Both the position numbers and the translations under genes were made by a program. The notes under the pieces were generated by a model. The model saw nothing but the letters and a program-made list of their open reading frames with translations. It made no database searches and was not told where the DNA came from. A stretch of DNA of 62,080 nt, counting the filler, from Dirinaria sp. TL-2023a (lineage: Eukaryota), in the NCBI GenBank assembly GCA_051941275.1. It is 10 parts of 10 records of this genome, joined end to end, with 100 filler letters (N's around TTAATTAATTAA, not from the genome) between each part and the next. Parts side by side here need not be neighbours in the genome. Positions count along the whole stretch, not along the records: positions 6,238 to 12,374 come from JAVEBF010001530.1; positions 12,475 to 18,597 come from JAVEBF010001531.1; positions 18,698 to 24,818 come from JAVEBF010001532.1; 7 more parts are not named here. One strand, given 5' to 3'. Shown here piece after piece: positions 10,626 through 24,100 of this stretch. Numbering within the stretch: position 1 is the stretch's first letter; each line of letters begins with the position of its first letter.

Positions 10626-12089
10626 ATGCCGTCGCACCCCTCGTCAGGCAACGCAGAAGCTATCAAAACTACCGCCCGACTCGCAAATATCAAAGGCCAC
10701 ATGGACGGCAGCAATCCCACAGTATTTACCGCGGACGCGGTTCCGCAGGCGCCAGAAGACCCTCTGTTTGGGTTGATGGCGGCCTACCGGAAGGATACAT
10801 TCGAGAAGAAAGTCGATCTGGGGATCGGAGCGTACAGAGACAACAATGCCAAACCCTGGGTCCTTCCGGTGGTCAAGCAGGTCAGGAACAATAATAATAA
10901 TAAAACCACCTGAGGAGCTAGTTCTGAAGCTCATTCTTTTGCTACAGGCTGATGAACGACTACGACGAGACCCCAACCTGAACCACGAGTACCTGCCAAT
11001 CGCGGGTCTGGCGGACTTCACCAATGCCGCTCAGAAGCTCATACTAGGTGCCGACAGTCCAGCGATCCGAGAGAAGCGAGTACGTCTGCTACAATAATGC
11101 ACCCATTCTGTATCCAACACAGATCTGACCCACAAACCCTCCAGGTGACAAGCTTCCAAACAATCTCAGGCACCGGCGCGGTCCACCTAGGCGGCCTCTT
11201 CCTGTCCAAATTCTACCCGCGGCCCATGGAACCAATCTTCTTCTCCTCGCCAACATGGGCCAACCACAACCAGATCTTCAGCAACGTCCGCCTCCCGATC
11301 AAGACGTACCCGTACTTCTCGACCAAAACCAAAGGCCTCGACTTCGAAGGGATGAAATCGACCATCTCCGCCGCTCCCGAACGCAGCATCATCCTGCTGC
11401 ACGCCTGCGCGCACAATCCGACAGGCGTCGACCCAACCCGGGAACAGTGGAAAGAACTCGCCCAGATCCTGAAAGCGAAGAAACAATTCCCCTTCTTCGA
11501 CTGCGCATACCAGGGGTTCGCGTCGGGGAACCTCGAAAACGACGCCTGGGCCGTCCGGCACTTCGTCGCGCAGGGCTTCGAACTCTGCGTCTCGCAATCA
11601 TTCGCCAAGAACTTCGGCCTCTACGGCGAGCGCGCGGGGGCATTCCACTTCGTAACCAGCCCCGCCCGCGACGCAACGGACACGATCGCGCGGATCTCGT
11701 CCCAGCTGGCGATCCTGCAGCGCAGCGAGATCAGCAACCCGCCCGCGTACGGCGCGCGCATCGCGAGCACGGTGCTCAACGACCCGTCGCTGTTCCAGGA
11801 GTGGGAGGCCAACCTGCGGACCATGGCCGGGCGGATCATCGATATGCGGCGGGCGCTGCGGGCCAAGCTCGAGGAGCTGAACGGCCGGCCGGGGAGCTGG
11901 ACCCACATCACCGACCAGATCGGCATGTTCAGCTTCACGGGCCTGACGGAGAAACAGGTGCTGAAGATCCGCGAGGACGCGCATATCTATTGCACCAAGA
12001 ACGGGCGCATCAGTATGGCCGGCTTGAACACGGGGAATGTGGAGTATGTGGCTCGGGCGATGCACAGGGCTGTTAGCGAGACGCAGTAG
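10626..12089 (+). CDS. AAT2: Aspartate aminotransferase, cytosolic/peroxisomal type
   Basis: Three exons (introns at about 10881-10948 and 11080-11144). Motifs: VDLGIGAYRD, QTISGTGAVH, HACAHNPTGVDP, FFDCAYQGFASG, PLP-lysine motif SQSFAKNFGLYGERAG, QIGMFSFTGL and GRISMAGL. Confidence 0.97.
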
Positions 12090-12895
12090 GTGAGGTGGGT
12101 TAGGGTGTGGATCTCTACTGCTGTAGTTTGTTGCATGAACCGTGGGTGGGGAAGAAAAAGAGGAAAAAGTTTCAAGATCTAGTGCAAAGAAATATTAGAT
12201 AAAGTCCACTCCATATAAAACCCCTTTCCCACAAAGTCTGGGTATCTCAACAATTAACACCCAAAAAAAAAAAAAGAAAAAAAAAAACACCTTACAGCAA
12301 CCCTTGCTCCGTATCTAACAATACAAGGGTATACGGAAGTATATAAAATCTCTCTCTCCCTCCCTCCCCCCTTCNNNNNNNNNNNNNNNNNNNNNNNNNN
12401 NNNNNNNNNNNNNNNNNNTTAATTAATTAANNNNNNNNNNNNNNNNNNNNNNNNNNNNNNNNNNNNNNNNNNNNCCACACACACCAAAAAAAAAAAAAAA
12501 AAAAAAAAAAGCGCAACATCGCTCCTCAACGACATTCTACCTATAAGTACCTAGATATCAGATCCCCACTGCCGTCCTATCCTACCACCGTACATACTAC
12601 ATACTCTACTGACCCCCCCCCAAAACTTTTCCTCCCCGCTAAATACTCATTTTCGTATAATAAACGCATTCTTGATCTCTTTGATTGCTTGCTTCGGACC
12701 CCTAAGTGTATGTATATCACAATCTCTATGCTCTGGACAGAAAGTGCAAAGTTTTATTTAAGCAAGCAACGACGATTTCATGAGGCGACGATGGACTGAT
12801 AGACTGATGCATGCACCACGACCGTACGTACTGTCGTCAAATAGATGAATCAATAAATGGGGAGGGGGGTAAAGAGGTTAGAAGAAATTTTCTTT

Positions 12896-12898
<3 letters not shown>

Positions 12899-12938
<40 letters not shown>
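12899..12938 (+). repeat. (GA)n microsatellite
   Basis: An uninterrupted GA dinucleotide run of about 20 units. Confidence 0.95.
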
Positions 12939-12942
<4 letters not shown>

Positions 12943-13716
12943 TGGATAGATGAATACAATATTTGTGAGGAGGAAGGATGGGTGTGGTGACAGTGAGGAG
13001 CGACCCTTTAAGTAAGGTATATTATACATCGCCCCAATACCCTCCCTCTCCCCCAAAAACCCAGCTCTCATCATTGTTTTTTCAAACCATCAACCATCTT
13101 CATTTAAGTCCCTTCCATTTCCTTCCAAAAACCCAAACTCGACATATCCAACCGCATTCCTCTTTCTTGCTCTTGCCCATGCCATCTTCAACTCCCTCCT
13201 CTTCCCCCGCTCTTCTTCATATCTATACCAAAAACAGTATCGCATTTCGCAGAGATCAGCGAGAAATCGAAGTTTGTATTGTAATGGAAGAGGAGAAATC
13301 AAGAAGGGGTAAGAAGGGGCTCGTTGGAAGATGGAAGGTAGGAGGTATTTTACATTTCTCGGTGGGAGTGGGAGAGGTGGGAGAGGTAAATCTACTGTCA
13401 TTTTTCCCTATCCAGTTGATAAATAAAAGGTACCTGGTGTATGTGAATTCCCTTCATTCGCGGGTCGGTTATTATTGGTTTTGGATTTACTTTTTGATTT
13501 TATTTTATATTTTGATATTATAGAGGGAATGCATATGTGCAAAGATAAGACAAGGTAGGGTGTACGATGTAAGTAAGGTATACATATGTAACGCTTAGAG
13601 TATATCCCCTTATCCCATGTATACCGTCCAAAAAATCTCAAACCGAAGCCACCTAACCGAAAATCAAAACATAGAAAAATAATTCGATACACATACACAT
13701 CCAACATCCCAACCCT

Positions 13717-15361
13717 CTAATACAACCTATCATTATACTCCACCCGATCACTCGTCGTCAGCGTAACCTCCGTGCGGACCTGGATCCTATTATCTGGCAG
13801 ATCAATCGTCTCCTCCTCGCCCTGCTGCTGTGGAGCAGAATCGGCTCTAGCGGCGCGTACTCGTACCGAAGCACCGTAGGCACATTCGCTCAGGGGTCGC
13901 AAATCTTCCGGCTCTGCGAGCTGGGTGAAAGCTCCTCCTTCACTTGATTTTATCTTGATCGATGCCCATGGGCGTTTTTTGGAGGAGGGGCTGCAGAGGA
14001 GAGTGCCTTGCGCCAGCAGCGGATGTTTGAACATGCCTTGGGTGACTATGGTGTACAGGGGTCGAAGACTCGGGATGCAGGCGCAGACGACCGCCATGCA
14101 GGGCTCGAGTTCGGACCATGTGCCTGCGTTGACGTAGTTCCCTGCCAAAAAGGTCATGAGTCAGTTGAACTAGAAAGGATGGTGGGGAAAGCGATAATGG
14201 GATTGGGGGCTTTACAGGTGAAGTCTGGCAGTTCTACTCTTGATAGGACGACCACCCAGATGATGCTGACTAGCACGATACTAGAAGTTCGGTCAGCTGT
14301 AGTGGCAAGAGACAGTTGAGGCTTCCACGCGTACAAGCCTGCTAGAGTAAAAATAGCGAGTAATATCAGCTGCTGCCTCACAGTCGTGCGGAGGCGCCAT
14401 AGTAAGGGCAGAGGCTGCCGGGAACTGTTAGCATATAGTTTTGTAATGAGGATTGCATAGGTACGTACGAGCAAGAAAATGACGGTATTTAGAAAAACGT
14501 TCGCTGACCCACTGCCAATGAAGAAATCGTTGACGTTGAAACAGTGGCCTTGGACGTTCTCGTCGACGCGATCCCAGATGTAATGGATCGGACGGCTACC
14601 GGGTCAGCTCATAATTAGAAGTCCGAGGGAGAGTAGAGATACCACTGAGATAGGATGGCAAGGTCAATCGACACCATATATGCGATACAAAGTATCCCGA
14701 CCCAGAGAAGTAGGCTACGAAAGCGAGCTAATGGGAAGATGCGGTAGTAGAAGTATAAGCTGATCGTTCGCATTTGCTGATCAGCTAGCTGTTGGACAAA
14801 GACAGATCTGGGCAAGACCACATACACCGCGAATTTGGCAAGCGAAGTTGAGGTGTGGAAGAAGAGCTCGAAGACGAACTGGCCCTTTAACCATCGTCGC
14901 CCTTTCGCAATCCGATCCTCTGGCTCCCAGATGTAAATGTGTCTTCCATAGCCGTTCGGGAGCTCTGAAACGAAAGGAAATATGAGCCATACTCTAGATA
15001 ATCAGTTCTAGGTTCTTACCAATCAACCAAATCAGGACGCCTACAACCGAAAATATCTTCCATCGTCAGATCTGGTTAACAGGGGCAGAACATCACTGGG
15101 GAGCCTACCAAGGCAACTATGGTAAGGTAATCATCCCACTTGGTTATCATAGTTATCAGCATTTGAGCACAAATTACTCGCGCAAAGGCATTGACAGGCT
15201 CATACCCAAAGTCCAGCTCTTGAGAGCTTTCGTGAAAGCAGACGAAGACAAACTGATGTTATTGTGATGACTATAATTGCTACGCTACTGCCGATAATTC
15301 GACCTCGCTGATCCGCGTAGATGTCGGTGCCAGGCGGTGGAGGACCCTCGACAACGGACAT
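13717..15361 (-). CDS. Pth11-like (fungal rhodopsin-domain) integral membrane protein, multi-exon, no CFEM domain
   Basis: The spliced reading is MSVVEGPPPP...SVCLRLLSRKLSRAGLW|WDDYLTIVAL...YGRHI...LYFYYRIFP...C|RPIHYIWD...HCFNV...PLPLLWRL...WSELEPCMAVVCACIPSLRPL, with typical family motifs and several GT-AG introns. Confidence 0.9.
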
Positions 15362-16458
15362 GTTTGTGAGAAGATATGTAGAGAAGAATCAGTTGACAGA
15401 TTGAGACCAACAGCACCTACATTGAGCATTTGGCAAAAATGCCAAAGCTTTCGCTTGAAGTGACAAGAAAGGGAAATGTTTGCAGTTGGAGATCCATCGC
15501 CTGATTATCTGCTAAGATATTGGCTGCGCCTTAATTAAGGTAGGATGCAGGCCAATGTTTCTTTCCTCGAGCTGAGCAACATCGTGATCAGCGCGAACAG
15601 GATGGGTTGCATTCCAAGGATCCTGGCGCTTTTCACAGCTGCTTACGGAGCTCGAGACCTTTGATTTCTGGCTAGCGCGGTCAAGGCTCCTACTGAAATT
15701 GACTGAAAGCCACCCGCCTGACCACCCAAGTTTATCACCAGAACGAGCTAGATCACTGCCTGGGTAGTAGCTGTGCTTGCCAAAGCCCAACTGTAGCCAC
15801 CTAGGTAGATAACCTCGTCTTCGTGCATATAGCGCTAGCCAGGACTTACGACGTTCACCTTCGTACTTTTCTGGAGTCGATTGGGTAAAGATAACCACTA
15901 AATCTCAATCGGCTTGGCTACCGGCACTGCCCATTGTGCTCGCCGTGGACCTGCATGTTTTAGTTTCCTGCCTGTAGGATCGGCCTATCCGATCGCTACG
16001 TCATACTGTTTCAGAATGAGTGGTTCCTCGCGGCTGATCTTAGAAGCTGAGGCTCAAAGCAAGCTTCAGAATAGGAACACTTTGGAAATAGCGTTCGGTA
16101 GCCATAAAGCTCAAGTTTCGCCATGTATCGCGGGAGAGAAATTCATGCGATATAAGAACCACAATCAATCCTTGACTCTCAGGGGCCCGTTGAAAAAGCA
16201 ATCCCGGCAACTGACTGGCCTTAAAATTTGCACGTTCAACGAGGAGCAACATACAGGCGCCAGCGTCTTCGGCAGAACGTGTCAACGATAAATCCAGAGG
16301 AGCGGGTAGGGACGGCGATTGCCGGCCTCCCGGCAACCTCATTGTGGTAGCATTTCCCAAGCTCTTGCATCGACCGCGATATCTGCTCTGGTCGGAGAGA
16401 ATTGAACGACTTTAGCTGAAAAACGAGCTGTTACGCAAAACTCCTCAAAAATCTTCGA

Positions 16459-17382
16459 CTAATCCGAAATTGTACTCTCAATGTGGTCCTTGTCTTTTTC
16501 ACTTTCACTTATCATTGTCTGCAGCTTGTGCTCTTGAGCTTCAACCTCCTGCTCTGCCTTCATCTTGATGGTCCGGATGTCTTCGAGCCCGTGCTTCATC
16601 GCCGGTGCCGCTTCCTTGACAACCGTTTGTGCTTCTCTTAGCTTGTCGCCAAGGCTTTTCCCACCCATGCCCTCGGGTGTAGGAACCTGATTGCCAGCGT
16701 CGGTTTTCTTTATAAGACTAGCAATAGCTCCTTTAGGTGCTAAGACGTTCCCGGGTGCATTGTCTGCGGCCGTTTGCCGTACCTCTTTATACATCTGAAC
16801 GATCGATTGCACTACTTCATCAACATCAAGTGTCGAATCCGCTTCCGTAAGCTCGCGCTCGCGTTCCTCGATATGTTCCCGAAGGATACGAAGCAGGTCC
16901 ATGTCCTGTTTTAGACGAGCTGGTAGACCTTGTCCCTTGAGATATGTCAGGACGCCAGCGACAATGGTATTGACGGCTCCGAGAATAGTGACTACAGCGG
17001 ATGGCCCGTTGGCTGCGCCCAACGCAGTGAGCGCGGCACCGACGATGATCTGCAGGAGGAAGAAGGAGTTGATGATGTAGGTAGAGACGATATAGCCGTA
17101 ACGTGCTTTGGCCTCTTCATCCACTGTCCGTTTGTAGATTCCTGGATTTGGTGCAGGTCGGCCGGGGATCTCTGTGCGCGTGGATTGAATGCCGACCAAG
17201 TTCTGAAACTTGACGAGCTTTGGATTGAGCTGAAAGGTCGATGAGCCATTCAAATGTGCAGATGGGCTGGCCGATGCAGCGGCATGTTCGATGTCTTTTT
17301 GGTCTTGATAGGGAATAGGATGCTTGTAGTCTTTAGATTTTCCAGCATTAATGCCAGTCAACCTGCGGAGTAGCGAAGACAT
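16459..17382 (-). CDS. Fungal SLATT (SMODS/SLOG-associating 2TM effector) domain protein
   Basis: Intronless 307 aa. It has two TM helices (INSFFLLQIIVGAALTALG and VVTILGAVNTIVAGVLTYLKGQGLPARL) followed by a helical LREHIEEREREL segment, which is the SLATT_fungal pattern as I recall it. Confidence 0.8.
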   Translation of the reverse strand: MSSLLRRLTGINAGKSKDYKHPIPYQDQKDIEHAAASASPSAHLNGSSTFQLNPKLVKFQNLVGIQSTRTEIPGRPAPNPGIYKRTVDEEAKARYGYIVSTYIINSFFLLQIIVGAALTALGAANGPSAVVTILGAVNTIVAGVLTYLKGQGLPARLKQDMDLLRILREHIEERERELTEADSTLDVDEVVQSIVQMYKEVRQTAADNAPGNVLAPKGAIASLIKKTDAGNQVPTPEGMGGKSLGDKLREAQTVVKEAAPAMKHGLEDIRTIKMKAEQEVEAQEHKLQTMISESEKDKDHIESTISD

Positions 17383-20297
17383 TATTGACGGCGAAACGTG
17401 GTGGTTCTAAGTCAGGCTCATTGGGCAGCATAGGCCATGATTGTGTCTGGATTAAAGATCAGATCAGAGTAGAGAATAATGCTCAATCTTGAGATACCAG
17501 AATGCGACAATTCAAACCCTTCTTAAGCAAGTCACCCATAGATGGCGAATTGGCCGGCGAAAGGGCTCGCCTGCCATATCTCGATGGTGGCGCCATGAGA
17601 TTGTGCTGACCTGCGCATATGTGCATGCATACTTGACCAAGCGGGTGAGCAGAAAGTGGTAATCACGGTACGGAGTACGAGTACGAGATACGGGGTAATA
17701 ATAATCCGTCTAGGGGACTGTCTAGACCTGAACAGCCCTTCGAGCAAGCGATTGCAGTCTCTAATTGGGCGGCGCCATGCTTGGAATTAATAGTGCGCCA
17801 AGCCACATCCAACTTTGAATCCGAATCGGGGTCTTGGAAGCTGAACATCTCCAGTTGGCATACAAATTATTATTCCCACGTAAAAGGTCACTCGAATCCA
17901 ATATATTCCTCTTCATCGCTAGAAGAGACAATCATACAGTCTTGCCAGAAGCTTTGTAGAATGCTTACTAGGAGTATAAGATCTCTTGAGCTGTCCAAAT
18001 TCTTCCTGGAAAACTTCAAAGCCGCACGGAAGCAGTCTGACCTTGAGCATTCTAAAACCAGCACAAAGATGAAATCCGTCCGAATTACACCGTCACATTT
18101 TGTTTTGTGTTTTCTTGATTTTAATTTCTTCAGTAGTTGTTCAGTGATGTTGCTCGCCTTCTCTGTCGATGATGCCAAGAATCTCAGGATCTGATGGCGC
18201 CATTTCTTCTCTTGCTCAGATCAAAGTCAGATACACCAAGAATGTGTTTACTGAAAAGGGAAGGACCTTTTGCCCGAACATAAGGGAATGCGCAAAATAA
18301 ACATCAGCATAAAAGGTTAGAATCAAACGAATAGGGAGAGAGTAGAATAGTCTGTGAAACTTCGACATCGATGCGAAAGAGCATCAAGAAGTCAGGTCCA
18401 AGATGTTGTCGAGAAAGAACTGGACTCGAGTTGAATGACACGGCAGAGTCGCGAGACAAAGTGTCTGCGAGCCATGACTGGTTTTCTCGCCCGCCCAAGA
18501 TTCTCTCATCAACACGGCGAGCTTATTGTGAGCTTTACAACATCCGAGGGTGGAGAAACTGTTTGCACCGTTCTCCCCCGATGATAGTCAGCTTTCANNN
18601 NNNNNNNNNNNNNNNNNNNNNNNNNNNNNNNNNNNNNNNNNTTAATTAATTAANNNNNNNNNNNNNNNNNNNNNNNNNNNNNNNNNNNNNNNNNNNNCAT
18701 GCAACACAGCACTAAGGCACTTCGGTGTCTCGTACAGCCGATGGGACTACTGTATTCCGTGTCTTCAACCGTTTGACGTGCATTGAACTAATACCCAAAG
18801 TTTGAGAGGGTGTGATCGGGTGATCGGGTGCCTGATGCATCGCTATCCCCGCAATATGTGTCGCTACGAATTCGTGACGTGCAGCCGTTGAACGCGCATG
18901 CGCATAAAGGAGGCTGAAGCGTACATAGAAGCTTCTTCAGAGCTTGGTTCGTGAACGGACTGTAACTATCCCTCGTATGCAGTGCTTTTGCATGCTCAAG
19001 TATGTATTTTGTTTCAACCTAGCCTGTTCCCGATCTGATCCGGATCGGGCCAGCTTTCCAAACTGCGAATCGAGCTCTTTGACAATTTCGGAAGTCTTGC
19101 ATATTCTTCAGTCGCAATTGTTTATTCTGACTATACTTCAATCGGAAATCTCGATATGAAGTACGCATCATGTGAGTCAATCAGAAGCCGCTTTTCCTTC
19201 AGTCCTTAGTAATCTCTAGTGGTGTTACTGTAACAATTGTCAATCCAAGTGTAGCAGTCCCTCCCGGTAAAAGGGGGTCCTTGTCATTTTCAACCAATAT
19301 GCCTTCTTAGGCAGAGTCATCTGAGAACTATCGATATTCCAAGCATTGCCTATAGTCTTGTATGTATGCTGCTATAGCCAGTGCTTCTGACCAGCTTCGC
19401 ATCTTTAACACTTGTTCTTGAAGAGTATGTCTTCGGCAGCATTGTTGGGCTGATCAACCTTCCTATGTTTCCGTGACCGACGAATAGCGGCAGCAATACA
19501 GATTGCCGAAAATAACCACTATCAAAGGCCTGAGACTACTACCTCCGGGGAGACTGATGCCTGAAGCTGCCAGAAGAAGGACGTCTGTGGCCTTTTTATT
19601 TCAGCGTTCTCCTGTTGAGTCTGTATTTTGGAATCAGGCAATGCACTGTCATCGCCTGTAAGGTAATCCTTACCTATTGGTACAATGATTGAGGAGAAGC
19701 AGCCAATGAGAGGCGGATCACCAGCAAACCTCATCAGCGCGTTCAGCTGGAATTATTCTACGTTTGGATACGCCGCAAGGTTGTATCTGTTCTCCTGAAT
19801 ACCTTACTAAGGGCGGAGACCGCGGCGTTGGCTTTGGACACTCGGTCTTCTACGTTTACTCTATATCATACATTCGCCGAACATGCACCATTATGCCCGT
19901 AATAACCTTTGCAAGCATTCGTCAGTCTGGATTAGCAATAGATGACTCGGCAGCCGCGTTGAATATTATTGCATTTAAGCAGGGCCAGCATGTGTCCCCA
20001 TTCGAACAAGCTTTCTCCACGATGTATGTATCATACGACTGAAAAGAATCAATGACGGGACTGGCCGTTGCCCGCCCCATGGGTTTGTTAACGCTCGAAA
20101 AATGAAGCAAGCCATAAACCCTGTTCTTTCTTGCCTGTACTACTCTACTAAACCTACATTTTTCAGCGAGTCCCGTCACTCAAGCCTCAAAACATAGATT
20201 GGTCCATGTGCCTTGCACTTTGGAAGGCCCTTCAACATAGGAAAAGGTCCTGAAATCCGCATCTGTTGGTCCTGGCAAAAATCAAACGTGTTACAAC

Positions 20298-21176
20298 ATG
20301 TTTAACCAACTTTCGTTCTCGTTCCGGGCGCCTGGTACAAGCCAGAGATCTACGCCAGAGTTGCGCATGTCCTCACGGAACATGCCCACCCGTTAATCAG
20401 CCTCCCACTGCCGTCCGCTGGAGCCCTGCCACCCAACCTGACCTTCCATGAAGACCCTAGCCGGACCCGTGAATCCCTGCGCAAGCTCGTTGAAGATGAA
20501 TCGGAAGACGTCATCTTCGTCGTGTACTGATATATCGGGATGCCGGGGTCGGAGGCACCCAAGGGTTTTGGCAAGAAATAGCGTCAAGGGCATGGCCTGG
20601 GAGGAGGAGTTGTGCGGTCGGTGTTCATCGTGGCATACGCAATGCCCGAAGGATTCCAGCCGGCTGCCGGCGGGGCCCAGATACCTAGTTGGATGAACGT
20701 GGACTTTGAGGCTGGTTTTATCCCGTTTCCTTTTGATTGTCAGCAATGCTTCGAAATGAAATCACGATAGATGTTCTGCCATCTAATCGCTAAGTCTCCT
20801 GTCAAAAAAAACTTTTCCAGAAAGGAATCGCAAAGGCCGACCCCTTGGACGCAAAGCACATTTTCTACCCCGGCCTTTCGCCCGCCGAAGCAGACATCTG
20901 GGCTTTCGAGCTCACCTATCAAAGTCTCAGGGCGTATTTCAGCATCCAGACCTACGCGGCCTGGCGCCACATTCCTTCCACGTATGTGATCGGTGAACAG
21001 GATCGCACCACCTTCACGCCGCAGGTAGTGGATAGATCATCAATGGCGCGAGGCAGTTGGAGCCTAGTGTCTCCGACGTTATTGAGAAATGCGATGTTGG
21101 GCATTGTCTCATGACCACCCGCTCAGAGTGGCTGGCGGGCGTGCTCAGGAAGGCTGCGGGCGAGATTATTGGATGA
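20298..21176 (+). pseudogene. Alpha/beta hydrolase (Abhydrolase_6/methylesterase-like) pseudogene
   Basis: It reads PTFVLVPGAWYKPEIY...LPLPSAG...DVIFVVY*YIGMPGSEA...AAWRHIPSTYVIGEQD...GHCLM...WLAGVLRKAAGE. There is a frameshift just after the ATG, in-frame stops including TGA at 20528-20530 in the HSYGG nucleophile elbow, and a further 3' frameshift. Confidence 0.8.
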
Positions 21177-24100
21177 TTGAATCAGCGTGTGGTATGGGTT
21201 GGTAAGCTCTATCAATCTCTCATTTGGTTGCTAAAGGTAGATGCAAGCTTTGCGATGGATTGAACGGCTTGTGACACCATTAGATCCTCCGTCTCTAGGA
21301 AAGACGTCCGGAAAAAAGCTATCCTATGAAAAACCCTTCGCAAAGCTCTAATCCACCTCTTCTCCCATAGACCTATCATTTCTACTCTAGAATCGCAAGG
21401 TACATTCAAAAAGAAAATTTCACACACTCCGGTTGATAGGCCATATCAATATCTAAAAGATTATCAACCTCATTCTCGATTCCTTATGTCAAAGAGCTAA
21501 GGGTAGCATGACACGCCTGATCAGAAACTCTATCAATGACAACGCAAAGAAAGAGAGAAGCAAGAGCTGTTTATGCCAGCGGCGCAGAGAAATATGTAAC
21601 TTTTCGAACATGACCTAGATTACTCCCTCTTGTCCGATGATTCCTGCACCTCTGGCCTTCGAGTGACCCACCCACCTCGAACTTGTAACGAGAGGGGGGA
21701 ACCTTTCGTTGATGCGAACATCACGACCAACGCTAGACTTCCAGCCTTCAATGTTGCACGGGTAAGGCAATTGCAAAAAAGGAACACGTGCTAGCACTAC
21801 TATATTACTCCCGAGCCGAAAGGGAAAAATGGAGAAAAAAGTGCATCGGCTTATTATCCCATACCCTGAATATTCTAAACGACCTTGTATAGGTGAGGAG
21901 AGGCACCTCACCTAAACCAAATCCAAAGCTCCGCCTTAATTGTATGACGGAGCGGAGTAAGAGGAAATTGTAGTGTGTGGCAGCGAAGGTAAGGTGGGTA
22001 TGTGATGTAGGTTTTGCCAAGTTGGACAGATTTTTGGTTTGGCGAAGGGGGACGACATCTCATATCTCTTCTGAATTACCTACGTGGTCCTGTATGACAA
22101 CCTCTAACAGAGTTTGAAATATCGAGCCTTTGTGAATTCGAGATGGCTTTGAAGAGTTTCATGTACGTAGAGCTCGAAATTGAGATTATGTGACTGGAAA
22201 CGTCACAGTTTTTATCAAGATGAGGTCGTCTGAGATAGCCAGAGCAGGGGTTGTGTGATTTGCCTGGAGCTGTGGCCTGGACGGGAAGTCATAGACAGAG
22301 TATCGAATCCGAGGTAAAAGTAGGTGAGTGATCTTTTTCATCGGGTTCTGTGGCGTTATTTTCAGGTCAGAGAAAGTGACGACAAAAAGAAAAGTAAAAA
22401 AACCTATTTCTGTACTCCAAGGATGAAAAACAGTATACGCTGGATAATGTTGAGTCCTTTCACCAAGCTCCCAAGTTTTAGCTTAGCGGTTAGCGCTTTA
22501 TATCCGCGTCGTCCCACTCATTGTCCTTGAGGAGGGTTGAGCGGTCTTGCTGGGGGAGAATTCTATGAGATCGAGACTCGTACGGAGTCTCCTGCGTTGG
22601 AAATGGACTTTTTTTTTGAGGCCATGTTTGCTTGATTTGGGTGCTGAGGGCTTTGGATGGTGGTGGCGGATTGAAGAACGTGGTGAATGCTTTTTGCTGT
22701 ATCGGGGGTTTGGGTTCTGGGTTTTTTGGACTCAGAGTCGTGGAGATATATTGAAAGGGGTTTGATACATCAGAACCGTCGAATCTCCTCGCAACTCTCC
22801 ATCAACTTCTTGACTCAAGGTATATGTACTGCGTCAATCGCGCTCAAGGACGTAAGTAAAGCATAAGCAAGGTATCTTACGATAAACCCATTCCGGGCTT
22901 TCACTCTATTCCTCCACGGAATTGATGCGCTGACAACCCATTTTACTGATGTTTACGCCCCCTTTTCAACTGATCAAGGCGGTTTTCCAGGATGAGAAGG
23001 AGTCAAGGCACGAAAGTTCGATAAAAGCAGTCAGTTAATTCGAGCTCTTCGATACGAAAATCATGAAGTTCTCGCCACTGTCAAAGATTGCAAAAGTTGG
23101 AGGATCGGACAAAGATTGGGATGAGGATGGTATAACAGATACACATAACAGGAAAATTTCAGTACATAATCAAACTTCATCAAAAAGATTACGTACAACA
23201 TCTTCAACTTCCGCCTCAACCTGAGAACGTCGCGAGAGTGCATGATGATAATGCGATCAATCAAGTCAAGATGAGGTCGAAGGGATACCAGAATAGCAAA
23301 CTGATTGTCAACGCCTGTTTCATTCCTTTACTCAGAGTGCCATGGACAGGCCCCAAAAATATTTTAAAAATTGGAGAAGGATTCACCAGCCTTATCAGAC
23401 CCAGAGCAACAAGATAAACGAACGAAGGATAAGTTCCGTTAGCTTGCCTCAACCCATCTACACCCATGATCATTCCTTAAGATAGCCTTCCATCCGAGTC
23501 AGGGGAGAGCAATAATCCCTAACTCGACCAGCGCAGCGCCTCCTACGAATAAACGAGCATCATTACGGTACTGTTATTCAGGTGGGAAAGAAACTTCCAC
23601 TATGGGTGCCGTTTTTCTTCTATCGACGGTCACCGCTGCAGACAGCAACTCTCAAACAAACTTGCCGGTAGGCTGGACGGAACGGTTTGGCGGAGCTGAA
23701 GAGATGGAGAGGGATATCTGGACGCTAGAGGGAGTCGATGACTTCACACTAGGCGAGAGCCTCATTCAAGAAGGGCCGCTCTAGCTACAGCATCTACACC
23801 AGAAGAATGTCACCCACAATTTCAAAACAATGCTCGAAAGATCTGGTAGCAGAACGGAGCAAGCAGCCACAGGACTATGGCCCATCCGCACCAGGCTACC
23901 AATCTCGACCTTCTTTCTCGCCATATCAACAACGTATGAATCTCGTGTACTCGATAAATATAGAGAGATTGGCAAACTCATAAGGACAGCAGTTTCGACC
24001 AATGGAAATCAAGAATATCGACTATAGTCTATCTTTCCTATAATTTCAACATCCAAAATGCCAAACCCCCCGCCCATTGTACTACTACCGCCGATAGCAA

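Noticed and set aside
12850..13401. Two in-frame minus-strand ORFs separated by one stop
   Set aside because: Low-complexity purine/pyrimidine-skewed DNA running into the GA microsatellite, with no recognisable domain.
22472..22590. tRNA-like A-box (TAGCTTAGCGGTTAGCGC) and T-arm-like hairpin
   Set aside because: The acceptor, D and anticodon stems do not pair, so no cloverleaf forms.
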